A stretch of DNA of 20,000 nt from an uncultured virus (IMG/VR IMGVR_UViG_3300037087_000281) (Duplodnaviria; Heunggongvirae; Uroviricota; Caudoviricetes). The number at the start of each line of letters is the position of its first letter. Positions within the stretch are counted from its first letter, which is position 1. Under the pieces are notes generated by a model that saw only the letters and a program-made list of their open reading frames with translations, was not told where the DNA came from and ran no database searches. The stretch lies in the IMG/VR virus record IMGVR_UViG_3300037087_000281. The stretch is one strand, 5' to 3'. Below, in pieces: positions 6,628 to 13,756 of this stretch. A program made the position numbers and the translations under genes.

Positions 6628-7674
6628 CTACAGGTCCGCGAAGACGAGCGCGCTTCTTATTTTCCCGTCGAGGTACCGAAGGCAGGTCGCGTTGGCGGTC
6701 TTGGCGATCTCGACGCGCGCCTGGCACGCGGCGGCCCTCTCCAGCCACGGAGCCAGCCTCCTTATCGGCCACACGGCGGCGGCCATCCCGTTGACGAGCT
6801 TCGCCGGAACTGTCTTCTGGAACTTCCCGGCTCCGAGGTCCACCGTGAAGGAAATTCCCTTCGCGGCCGGCTCAACTTTGGCGTCTTCCGCCTTGTCCAC
6901 CAGGAACTGAGACGCCGTCTGGATGACTTCCAGCAAATCCTCAGCCGAAGCTTCGGCGACCGTCGGAGACTTCAACGCTATAGCGAGGGAGGTCTTGCAC
7001 ATGTCCAGCGGGTAGTTGTCGAGGTCGGCGGAGCGCGGCTGGAATACGTGCCCGTCCGGCGTGACCGCCCCCGCTCCCCTGTCGTCCGTGGCCAGCTTGC
7101 CGCCGGATGATGCCAAGAACTGCGCGACCGCCGCGGGGAGGAAGAAGCTCTGCTTGATCGACGGCGACAGGTACGCCGCGAGGAAGATCGTGTCGGTCGC
7201 GACGACACCGTAACCCTTGACGAAGTTGACCGCTTCCACGCTCTCGGCTCCGGCGGCCGATGGGAGGTATTTCACGGCGACTCCGACGGCGGCCTTCAGC
7301 TCGGGAGAGAGATCATATTCACCGACGGGTTTCCAAGACTCGTACCCGGCGACGACGGCGCGCGCCGGGATCTCCAGGCGCTGACCAGCTTTCATCAAGA
7401 TGGCCCCGCTCTTGTCGACGAAGACCTCCACCTCATCCTTCCGCGCCGTGGCCAGGAACGCCTTGAGCGCACGGCGGTCGACGTGGGCGGTCCACTTCCC
7501 AGGCTCGGCGACGGCGACCCTCGACTCTGCGAAGGATATCCCGGTCAATGCCAGCGAGAGTTCCGAGTCGGTCCTCTTGAGCCTGACGTGCTGGCTGCTC
7601 TCCAGGGCCGCGACCGCGACCACGGCGTCGCAGACCGCGAACGCCGACTTCAACTTCTCAAGTTTGATCTTCAT
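6628..7674 (-). CDS. dnaN: Divergent DnaN-like (beta) sliding clamp
   Basis: 348 aa. N-terminal pattern MKIKLEKLKSAFAVCDAVV...VRLKRTDSELSLALTG; VVATDT (cf. vATDg); NYP (cf. gxYP); three-domain alpha/beta periodicity; replication context. Confidence 0.7.
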   Translation of the reverse strand: MKIKLEKLKSAFAVCDAVVAVAALESSQHVRLKRTDSELSLALTGISFAESRVAVAEPGKWTAHVDRRALKAFLATARKDEVEVFVDKSGAILMKAGQRLEIPARAVVAGYESWKPVGEYDLSPELKAAVGVAVKYLPSAAGAESVEAVNFVKGYGVVATDTIFLAAYLSPSIKQSFFLPAAVAQFLASSGGKLATDDRGAGAVTPDGHVFQPRSADLDNYPLDMCKTSLAIALKSPTVAEASAEDLLEVIQTASQFLVDKAEDAKVEPAAKGISFTVDLGAGKFQKTVPAKLVNGMAAAVWPIRRLAPWLERAAACQARVEIAKTANATCLRYLDGKIRSALVFADL

Positions 7675-7690
7675 TTATTGAGTTTCCTTG

Positions 7691-8422
7691 TCAAAATAAC
7701 CCTTTGCGTCCGCGTTTTGATTTAACCCATACGGAGGCAGATTGTTGTGATTCTATTCTCTCGGCGAGCACGATTCCGCGAACGGCTTTAGAAGGCGGTT
7801 GATAACTTCCGTTCCACCGGTTGTCTAGCCCGATGCTGCGCGCGACATTTGTGCTGTCGGTGGAAGCGAATGGAAACTTGGTGAAGATTTCTGGATCCAG
7901 CATTCTCAATCCATGCAGTTTGGTAAAAGGCCTGCCGTTTTTAGTAACCACGGCCATCGCCTCATTCATGCGTGCCCACCATCTTATGGTTCCAATAGTT
8001 GAATACTGTCCGCTAGACCCAAAAGCCACCTTTTCATACTTCTCCGTTAACGAACTCAAGCGTGCGAGTGACTCGTGAATGTGCCAAACGGGAACTCCGG
8101 TTTTATTTCCCGCGAGTTTCCACTTTTTCAAAAAATCATCGTTTTCTTTTTCACTCCCGTCAATGACATCGGGTATCAAGGCCCAGTCGAACCCGGGGTG
8201 ACACTCCCACTCCATAACCCACTTATGATAACCATCAAAATCAACTTGCTTACCGAGTTTCCACTCTGAAAACGCCCCGTTATCCAAAATAAAAGACTGA
8301 CAAATTTCGGCGACCAACTCGATTTGTTCCGGATTGGCAAAAGACACGCATGCATGCCTTCCCATCAAAATCTTCGCGGCGGCAGAATCCGGAGACATCG
8401 GCGTTCCATGATAATGGATCAT
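7691..8422 (-). CDS. TGT/DpdA-like transglycosylase (putative 7-deazaguanine DNA base-exchange enzyme)
   Basis: MIHYHGTP start (ATG 8422, TAATG overlap with the queD stop); motifs ILDNGAFS, IPDVI, VPVWH, LHGL, STDST typical of TGT-fold enzymes; adjacent to queD. Confidence 0.75.
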   Translation of the reverse strand: MIHYHGTPMSPDSAAAKILMGRHACVSFANPEQIELVAEICQSFILDNGAFSEWKLGKQVDFDGYHKWVMEWECHPGFDWALIPDVIDGSEKENDDFLKKWKLAGNKTGVPVWHIHESLARLSSLTEKYEKVAFGSSGQYSTIGTIRWWARMNEAMAVVTKNGRPFTKLHGLRMLDPEIFTKFPFASTDSTNVARSIGLDNRWNGSYQPPSKAVRGIVLAERIESQQSASVWVKSKRGRKGLF

Positions 8423-8775
8423 TAGATGTCCAAAGAAACCCCGCACCTCTCGGTCTCTCTTATTTCAATTCGACAGATCCCGGGAAGGGAACCTTTCAAA
8501 ATCCCGGCCATCCACATCGCTAGATGCTCACACGTAGGATTCTCCAACAGCGGGATTTCGTTCAAGCATCGATGATCCACCAATACTTTTACAGACTCCC
8601 ACATTATCTTCACGTCTGCGTAATCGACTACCCATCCAGAAGTGTCTCCGACCTTTCCTGAAACTTCTAGTCGGATTTTGTAAGTATGCCCATGAAGAGC
8701 GTGACACTTGTGATTCTTTGGAACGTTAGGAAGCCAATGCGCAGAGTCGAAGCTGTCTTCTATAAAAATTTTCAT
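8422..8775 (-). CDS. queD: 6-carboxy-5,6,7,8-tetrahydropterin synthase QueD
   Basis: FDSAHWL..HKCHALHGHTY (CxxxHGH), LVDHRCLNEI..ENPTCE, IRETE; 117 aa. Confidence 0.95.
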   Translation of the reverse strand: MKIFIEDSFDSAHWLPNVPKNHKCHALHGHTYKIRLEVSGKVGDTSGWVVDYADVKIMWESVKVLVDHRCLNEIPLLENPTCEHLAMWMAGILKGSLPGICRIEIRETERCGVSLDI

Positions 8776-9081
8776 TTATTCTTCCGGCTTGCTAACTATA
8801 CGGCAGCACACGCGGCGGTCGGGGCAGTTGGTCGAACAGTCTTCCGAGGACACGTCGTACCCGAGGAGCCGCTTGCCGTCCGGCATGACGACGGTCGGCT
8901 TCCCGAAGCAGCTCTTCGCGTGAGGAGCGAGCTGCATCTCCCGGTAGCAGCGGGAGCAGACCAGCTCCTCGATCTGGTAGTCGCCGCGGGCGATGTCCTC
9001 GGCGGAGTACCTCTCGAAGCACAATAAGCACTCCAGCACCCCCCTCGACTTCCCGCGGTTGACTTGGTTGACGACGGACAT
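8776..9081 (-). CDS. Cys-rich putative zinc-binding protein (101 aa)
   Basis: CLLC..CSRC..C..CSTNCPDRRVCC; its stop abuts the queD start. Confidence 0.7.
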   Translation of the reverse strand: MSVVNQVNRGKSRGVLECLLCFERYSAEDIARGDYQIEELVCSRCYREMQLAPHAKSCFGKPTVVMPDGKRLLGYDVSSEDCSTNCPDRRVCCRIVSKPEE

Positions 9082-9092
9082 AAAGTCTCAAG

Positions 9093-9192
9093 CGTTCTGG
9101 CCGCTTCTAAGGCCTCCGGGCGCTCCGGACGGTACTTTTTACCCGGAACGCCCCGGAAACGCAGCCACGGCCTCCTAAACGGCCCAGAAACG
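9093..9192. repeat. ~100-nt imperfect inverted repeat filling the intergenic space
   Basis: Nested arms CGTTCTGGCCG/CGGCCCAGAAACG, AGGCC/GGCCT, TCCGGGCGCTCCGG/CCGGAACGCCCCGGA and GGTA/TACC around a CTTTT loop. Confidence 0.7.
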
Positions 9193-9198
9193 GCGTCC

Positions 9199-9756
9199 CT
9201 ACGCGATCATCTGGCGGTAAACCGCCACGAAGTCGTCCGCCGAGGCCCCGCAGCGCCTCGCCGTCTTGACCAGGTCGTCGAAGGACTCCCGCGACGCCTC
9301 CCTCGCCCGCCCCTCGAAGATCAGCTGGAGGAGGTCGAGGACGCCGTCCGATCCGATCATGAGGACGCGCTCGACGACGTTGGCGGACTCCGCTAGCTCT
9401 TCGTCGGACTGCGTCGCCAGAGCTTCGGCGCACTTCCCGATCTGCCGCGGAGTCATCGTCTCCAAGTCCACCGTCTCGCACGCGGCGTACTTCATCGTCT
9501 TCATGTGCAGGAGGATCGACAGGCAGCAGTTGTCGGCGACGTGGTGGATCCAGGTGGACTCCCGCGCCTTCGCGGCGTCGTACATCGTCTGTTTCCGCCA
9601 AACGTGTGCGCGAACCTCCGAAATCATGTCCTCGGCGTCATACCATGCCCTGGCCCGAGCCGGCAGTTTGCGCCACCAGTACAGGCACCTCCCGGATATG
9701 ATGCCCAGGTGACGGGCGGAGATGTCGTCTTCTTCTTCTTTCTTGAACCGTTTCAT
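9199..9756 (-). CDS. Phage sigma-70 family (ECF-like region 2) transcription factor
   Basis: YDAEDMISEVRAHVW...YDAAKARESTWIHHVADN matches sigma region 2 (AEDlxqe...W....yd....f.tWl..ia.N); ATG 9756 with AGGAGA RBS. Confidence 0.75.
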   Translation of the reverse strand: MKRFKKEEEDDISARHLGIISGRCLYWWRKLPARARAWYDAEDMISEVRAHVWRKQTMYDAAKARESTWIHHVADNCCLSILLHMKTMKYAACETVDLETMTPRQIGKCAEALATQSDEELAESANVVERVLMIGSDGVLDLLQLIFEGRAREASRESFDDLVKTARRCGASADDFVAVYRQMIA

Positions 9757-9775
9757 CAAAGTTGCTCTCCTATCT

Positions 9776-10708
9776 CTAAGTCTCAAAAAGCTGGTGCCGT
9801 AAGGACAAGATGTGGGTCAAGTCCCTGTCGGCGCAGAACTGCCCGAACGCAGCTGCGCTCGCCGCTCGGTCCTTCCATCGTTGCGCACCGTCCAATCGCC
9901 AGCCGTTCACGTCCACCTTGGCGACGCACTCCCTCACCCGCGGGTCGGACCACTTGCGGGGGAGGCGGGCAGCGAACCAAGAGAGGCGGATCGCCGGCCA
10001 CGCCTCGCCGTACTTCTTCTGGATCCACGGCGGCTGGTCCTCCAGCTCGGTTATCAAGCTGATGCCGCCGTGGATCAGCTTCTCGGCGGTCTTGGGACCC
10101 ATGCCGCGCATCGGCTTGATGTTGTCGCTCTTGTCCCCGCCGAGAGCGAGGTACTCCGCCCAGCGATTGATCGGGAAGCCGTGCTCCTTCTCGACGCTCG
10201 CCGCGCTCAAGGTTTGGAACACGCTCTTCCCTTTCTGAGGCACGAGGATCTTCACGCGGTCTCCATCGAGAAGCTGGTAGAAGTCCTTATCCGTGGAGTA
10301 GATCAGCTTGTTGCCGGGACCGCTGACCAAGATCCCGATCACGTCATCGGCCTCCAGTCCCATCACCGACGCGCTCTCGTAGCCGAGAAGACGAATCGCT
10401 CGGTTGAGGTCGGCGAACTGGCCGAGGCACCGGGCGCGCTCCTCGGCGTTGGAAGTTCTGTTGGCTTTGTAGCCGGGAAGAAGGTCGTCGCGCCAGTTCT
10501 TGGGTTTCTTAGCTCCCGCGACGGGAACGCCGTGGTCCCAGCAAAAAATGATTCGTTTAGAAACAGTTCTTCGAAGATCGGCTATTATTCGCAGCACGCC
10601 GTGCAGGACGCTGGTCGGCTTCCCCGAGGAGCTCTTGAGTTGCGGGGCCGCGTAGTGCGTGCGGAAGCCGACGTTGCTGACGTCCACGAGGATAAGTGGT
10701 TCCCTCAT
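9776..10708 (-). CDS. 5'-3' exonuclease / flap endonuclease (PolA N-terminal domain type)
   Basis: LILVDVSN..FR..YA, YKANR, EADDVIG, STDKDFYQL, ALGGDKSDNI..GMGPKTA; ATG 10708 via ATGA overlap. Confidence 0.95.
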   Translation of the reverse strand: MREPLILVDVSNVGFRTHYAAPQLKSSSGKPTSVLHGVLRIIADLRRTVSKRIIFCWDHGVPVAGAKKPKNWRDDLLPGYKANRTSNAEERARCLGQFADLNRAIRLLGYESASVMGLEADDVIGILVSGPGNKLIYSTDKDFYQLLDGDRVKILVPQKGKSVFQTLSAASVEKEHGFPINRWAEYLALGGDKSDNIKPMRGMGPKTAEKLIHGGISLITELEDQPPWIQKKYGEAWPAIRLSWFAARLPRKWSDPRVRECVAKVDVNGWRLDGAQRWKDRAASAAAFGQFCADRDLTHILSLRHQLFET

Positions 10709-10947
10709 AAAGGCCACTCTACACCCAACAGTTTCGCTCCCGTCGCGGTGAGTGGTTTACCGCCGCGCACATGCTCTGTGCAAGAACTTGTTTGCTCTTC
10801 GACATAAATCTCATGGTTTATCCGCCGCACGACTAAGTCTACCGCTTCTGAGTATCGATCTCGAAGATAAGCATGATGCTCCATCTTATTTTCACTACCA
10901 ATCCGACGCGGGTCGACTTTTACTTTTTCCCCAAAATGCCTGCTCAT
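10705..10947 (-). CDS. Hypothetical protein (80 aa, MSRHFGEK...)
   Basis: ATG 2 nt after the HTH stop; its stop overlaps the exonuclease start. Confidence 0.55.
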   Translation of the reverse strand: MSRHFGEKVKVDPRRIGSENKMEHHAYLRDRYSEAVDLVVRRINHEIYVEEQTSSCTEHVRGGKPLTATGAKLLGVEWPL

Positions 10948-10949
10948 CG

Positions 10950-11132
10950 TTATGCCGCCTTGAACCCCGTCGCCCACTTGTAGGTCACGCCGCGGAGGAT
11001 CATGCTGACCGCCGTCTGCGAGATCCCCATCTTTTGCGCGATTCGACTCTGCGACCACTTCTCTTTTATAAAGAGAGTCAGGACGCTCTGAACCTGCGCC
11101 GCGGTCAACTTCGCCACCTTGCTCTTCCTCAT
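10950..11132 (-). CDS. Small helix-turn-helix DNA-binding protein (60 aa)
   Basis: AKLTAAQV...SQSRIAQKMGISQTAVSMILRG; ATG 11132 lies 7 nt after a -10 box. Confidence 0.8.
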   Translation of the reverse strand: MRKSKVAKLTAAQVQSVLTLFIKEKWSQSRIAQKMGISQTAVSMILRGVTYKWATGFKAA

Positions 11133-11139
11133 GTTTCTC

Positions 11140-11168
11140 AATATATACTAACCGAGCGGAAAAGTAAA
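11140..11168 (-). promoter_or_regulatory. Sigma-70-type promoter, probably giving a leaderless transcript
   Basis: TTTACT-N17-TATATT, 7 nt before ATG 11132. Confidence 0.7.
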
Positions 11169-11175
11169 CACTTTT

Positions 11176-11190
11176 TAACTTGTGAAGTTA
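11176..11190. promoter_or_regulatory. Candidate operator (perfect inverted repeat)
   Basis: TAACTT-GTG-AAGTTA just upstream of the -35 box. Confidence 0.45.
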
Positions 11191-11199
11191 TCCGCCTGC

Positions 11200-12120
11200 T
11201 TACTCAGACCGCTGGGCGACGCGGAGCCGCACGCCGAGCAGGCGAGAGTACTCGACGGCGGACTCGACGGCGCATCTTATGTCAGGTAAGTCCGCCTCGT
11301 CCGCCGGCAAGTCGATGGGCCACGCGACCTTGACAGATCCTCCCCAACTCTCCCGCAGCTTGTCGGCTATCTTAACGACGCCCGCGATCCCCGGCGCATC
11401 CGGGTCAGGATACAAGACGATCTCCTCGCAGGCGCTATCGCTTATCTGCTTTAGCTGTCTGTCCGTCAGCGTGCTTCCGAGCAAGGCACCGGCGGATGTG
11501 TGCATAGACCGTCGCACGCGAAGCGCCTTGATCGCGCCCTCACAGAGGACCACCTGCTTGGCCGTGAGGTCGAAGGCGAAGATGCCCTTGTCTCCGCGGC
11601 TGTTCAGGTACTTCGGAATCCTCCTGCCCGTGAAGTCCCTCGCGTTGATGCTGACGAGCTCTCCCTTGTCCCACGCCGTGAACAAGATCCGATAAGCGTA
11701 CCTCCCGACGTAACTGACGCCGACGCGGTGCTTGCGCATCTGTAAGTCGGAGACCCCGCGCTTTGACAGATAGTCTTTCGCCTGCCGGTCGAGGTCGTCG
11801 ATGGGATCGCACAGTAAGCGGAAATCCGCTGGGAGTTCAGTCCGCTCGATGGCGACGTCTTCCTGCCTCACCTCGAATCCCGTTGGAACTTCTGCGATCC
11901 GAAGAGCTTTCAAGAAATATGGGATGGCTCGCGAAGACTTCCATTCGCAATGCACGCATTTTCCCCATCCTAGCTTAGAGTGAAGGCATAAGCGATACTG
12001 CGTATCTACGCCTTTACCTTTACCTATGCAAAAGACGCAGCACACATGAACCTTGGCGGGGTCGCCCGAGGAGACCCGAAACGGCACGCCTCGGCGGCGC
12101 AGAATGTCTTGCAAAGTCAT
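11200..12120 (-). CDS. DnaG-like DNA primase (zinc finger + TOPRIM)
   Basis: CVFC...CVHC zinc finger, YLSKRG, RILF, ARDF..KYLNS, VLCEG, YPDPDAPG (DxD). Confidence 0.9.
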   Translation of the reverse strand: MTLQDILRRRGVPFRVSSGDPAKVHVCCVFCIGKGKGVDTQYRLCLHSKLGWGKCVHCEWKSSRAIPYFLKALRIAEVPTGFEVRQEDVAIERTELPADFRLLCDPIDDLDRQAKDYLSKRGVSDLQMRKHRVGVSYVGRYAYRILFTAWDKGELVSINARDFTGRRIPKYLNSRGDKGIFAFDLTAKQVVLCEGAIKALRVRRSMHTSAGALLGSTLTDRQLKQISDSACEEIVLYPDPDAPGIAGVVKIADKLRESWGGSVKVAWPIDLPADEADLPDIRCAVESAVEYSRLLGVRLRVAQRSE

Positions 12121-12136
12121 CTGCTAAATTTTACGG

Positions 12137-12166
12137 TTTACAACGGCACGCAAGTTGGTGTAAGAT
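12137..12166 (+). promoter_or_regulatory. Sigma-70-type promoter for rightward transcription
   Basis: TTTACA-N18-TAAGAT; same GTTTAC -35 core as the other two promoters. Confidence 0.55.
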
Positions 12167-12211
12167 TTAATTGCGGTTGCGTGTACCAGGCCAGGGACGT
12201 AATCGAGAGTA

Positions 12212-12276
12212 AAAGTGGTCAGGGTGGGAGTTGGTACTTCAGACTTCCAGCCCCACCACCCCACTTTAAGTCTGAA
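12212..12276 (+). promoter_or_regulatory. Predicted H-type RNA pseudoknot in the 5' leader
   Basis: Stem 1: AAAGTGG/CCACTTT, GGTGGG/CCCACC, GTTGG/CCAGC. The loop TTCAGACTT (12238-12246) is perfectly complementary to AAGTCTGAA (12268-12276), which is followed directly by ATG 12277. Confidence 0.7.
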
Positions 12277-12999
12277 ATGTTATCAAAAAAGCCTCTAAAC
12301 TTCTCGCCTGCCACGAACAAGCCGTTAGAGCCATATGCTCCGGCTTCCCTCCTTCAAAGCCTCCCGGCTAACCATCAAGTTCCGTTCTTCCAAGCGTACC
12401 TCGAGGGTGCTGCTTCGACGTTAACCAACCGCGTGGTGCGCTTATCTGTGCCCAACCGTTTCGGACCACGCATTGTTTTCAGCCCGTACGAAAGAGTTGT
12501 TCCTCACATAGCGGGCGGCGCGGGAGCTACGCAGAGAACCTGCGAGATCGTGGCGCGTGGGGTGACCACAAACTCAAAAAGCAAGCTTCGTCCAGAAGGT
12601 GGATGGCGGGACGGCAAACCGACGCGAGCCGGACGGGCGGAGCTCTGCGTGATCAGCTGGACGGCGAGGAATCCCCGCCATAGGTGCGGCCTATGGGAGA
12701 GTGAACTCGCCAGTCTGAGGTCAATTAACACGATCCTGTGCGAACGGTCCGGCGATAAGACCGGTGCTCTTGCTAAGAGAGCGTGCGGCGATGAGCCTGG
12801 ATGTCTGAGACGGGGACAACATCCTCAAGCTTTTACGGAGGCGATTCAACTTATCATGCCGGTCTGCCGCGTCAAGTTCGGCGGCCAAGATCGCATGGTG
12901 AGCGACTTCGCAGAGGACTTCAACCGTGGGGAAAGCGTTGACTTTCACCCGCACCGCAACGTAGGTCTCCTAATTCGTTTGTCTTCGCGCCTAGTTTGA
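12277..12999 (+). CDS. Possible 240-aa ORF of unknown function (may instead be structured non-coding sequence)
   Basis: Open frame starting right after the pseudoknot; no recognisable motifs and hairpin-rich, so coding status is uncertain. Confidence 0.3.
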   Translation: MLSKKPLNFSPATNKPLEPYAPASLLQSLPANHQVPFFQAYLEGAASTLTNRVVRLSVPNRFGPRIVFSPYERVVPHIAGGAGATQRTCEIVARGVTTNSKSKLRPEGGWRDGKPTRAGRAELCVISWTARNPRHRCGLWESELASLRSINTILCERSGDKTGALAKRACGDEPGCLRRGQHPQAFTEAIQLIMPVCRVKFGGQDRMVSDFAEDFNRGESVDFHPHRNVGLLIRLSSRLV

Positions 13000-13088
13000 T
13001 TTCCAAATTCTTGATGAACTTGGTTTCGGATTTAACGTGTCGATGAATGGGTTAGGGGGCCTACGCTTTTAAGATGATCATATGGTGA

Positions 13089-13168
13089 CTACAAGACACA
13101 TACGATCAGAACCACTAACGTGGTTCTTCTCTAGTGTCTTGTAGAGAAATCTCAAAAACGGAGATTTC
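13089..13168. repeat. Nested and tandem perfect inverted repeats (candidate origin or regulatory element)
   Basis: CTACAAGACAC/GTGTCTTGTAG (11 bp) encloses AGAACCAC/GTGGTTCT (8 bp); then GAAATCTC/GAGATTTC (8 bp); AT-rich context. Confidence 0.75.
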
Positions 13169-13243
13169 CTAAAGCAAAGTTCTCACTTTCACGTAAAGGG
13201 ATGGAACCAAACTGTTTGAACCGTATAGTTAAATGTATCGTTT

Positions 13244-13756
13244 ATGTCATCTATAAAAGCAGAGACTTCAAAATGGAATCGCACCGTCGCCGCGTCGATG
13301 ATCCGATTGGACAACGCGGAGCGTCGGAAGAAAGGGTTAGACTTGTTCACGTCGGAACCATTGGTTGGAATGCCTGAGGGTCCGATAGCGTCGCTGACGC
13401 TGATGAACTACAAGGTATGGGCCGCGCGGTACGGGGTTTCACTCGACTTCGTCCTCGAGGCGGTCTTCTTCAAGTGGCGGTACAAGCGTAAAACGCGCAA
13501 GGGCAATGTTTGCGCGTTCGGACTTGAGCCGAGAGCGGCCACGGGAGAAGAAACGAGGCGTTTCGTCGAAGAGACGGTCGCCCGCGTTTACCCTTGCGGA
13601 GAGAACAAGAGACAGTCATTCCAGTTTCTCCCGATGGAGCCGAACGGCCATCACGGGATGGATGACTTCCTCGTCACGTACGGAAAAGAGATGAAGCGGA
13701 GACAGGCGGAGTTCGCGAAGCCGGCAGCACGCGGGGAACGGAACTATCGTCGATGA
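13244..13756 (+). CDS. Hypothetical protein (170 aa) coupled to the helicase; possible initiator or loader
   Basis: ATGA overlap with the helicase start; the role is inferred from position only. Confidence 0.7.
   Translation: MSSIKAETSKWNRTVAASMIRLDNAERRKKGLDLFTSEPLVGMPEGPIASLTLMNYKVWAARYGVSLDFVLEAVFFKWRYKRKTRKGNVCAFGLEPRAATGEETRRFVEETVARVYPCGENKRQSFQFLPMEPNGHHGMDDFLVTYGKEMKRRQAEFAKPAARGERNYRR

Noticed and set aside
5911..7110. 399-aa plus-strand ORF
   Set aside because: Antisense shadow of the SufBD-motif and clamp genes in GC-rich DNA; no motifs.
9812..10807. 331-aa plus-strand ORF
   Set aside because: Antisense shadow of the 5'-3' exonuclease.
12046..12276. 5' extension of the 317-aa plus-strand ORF
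   Set aside because: It overlaps the primase start, the predicted promoter and the pseudoknot; if the frame is coding, ATG 12277 is the more plausible start.
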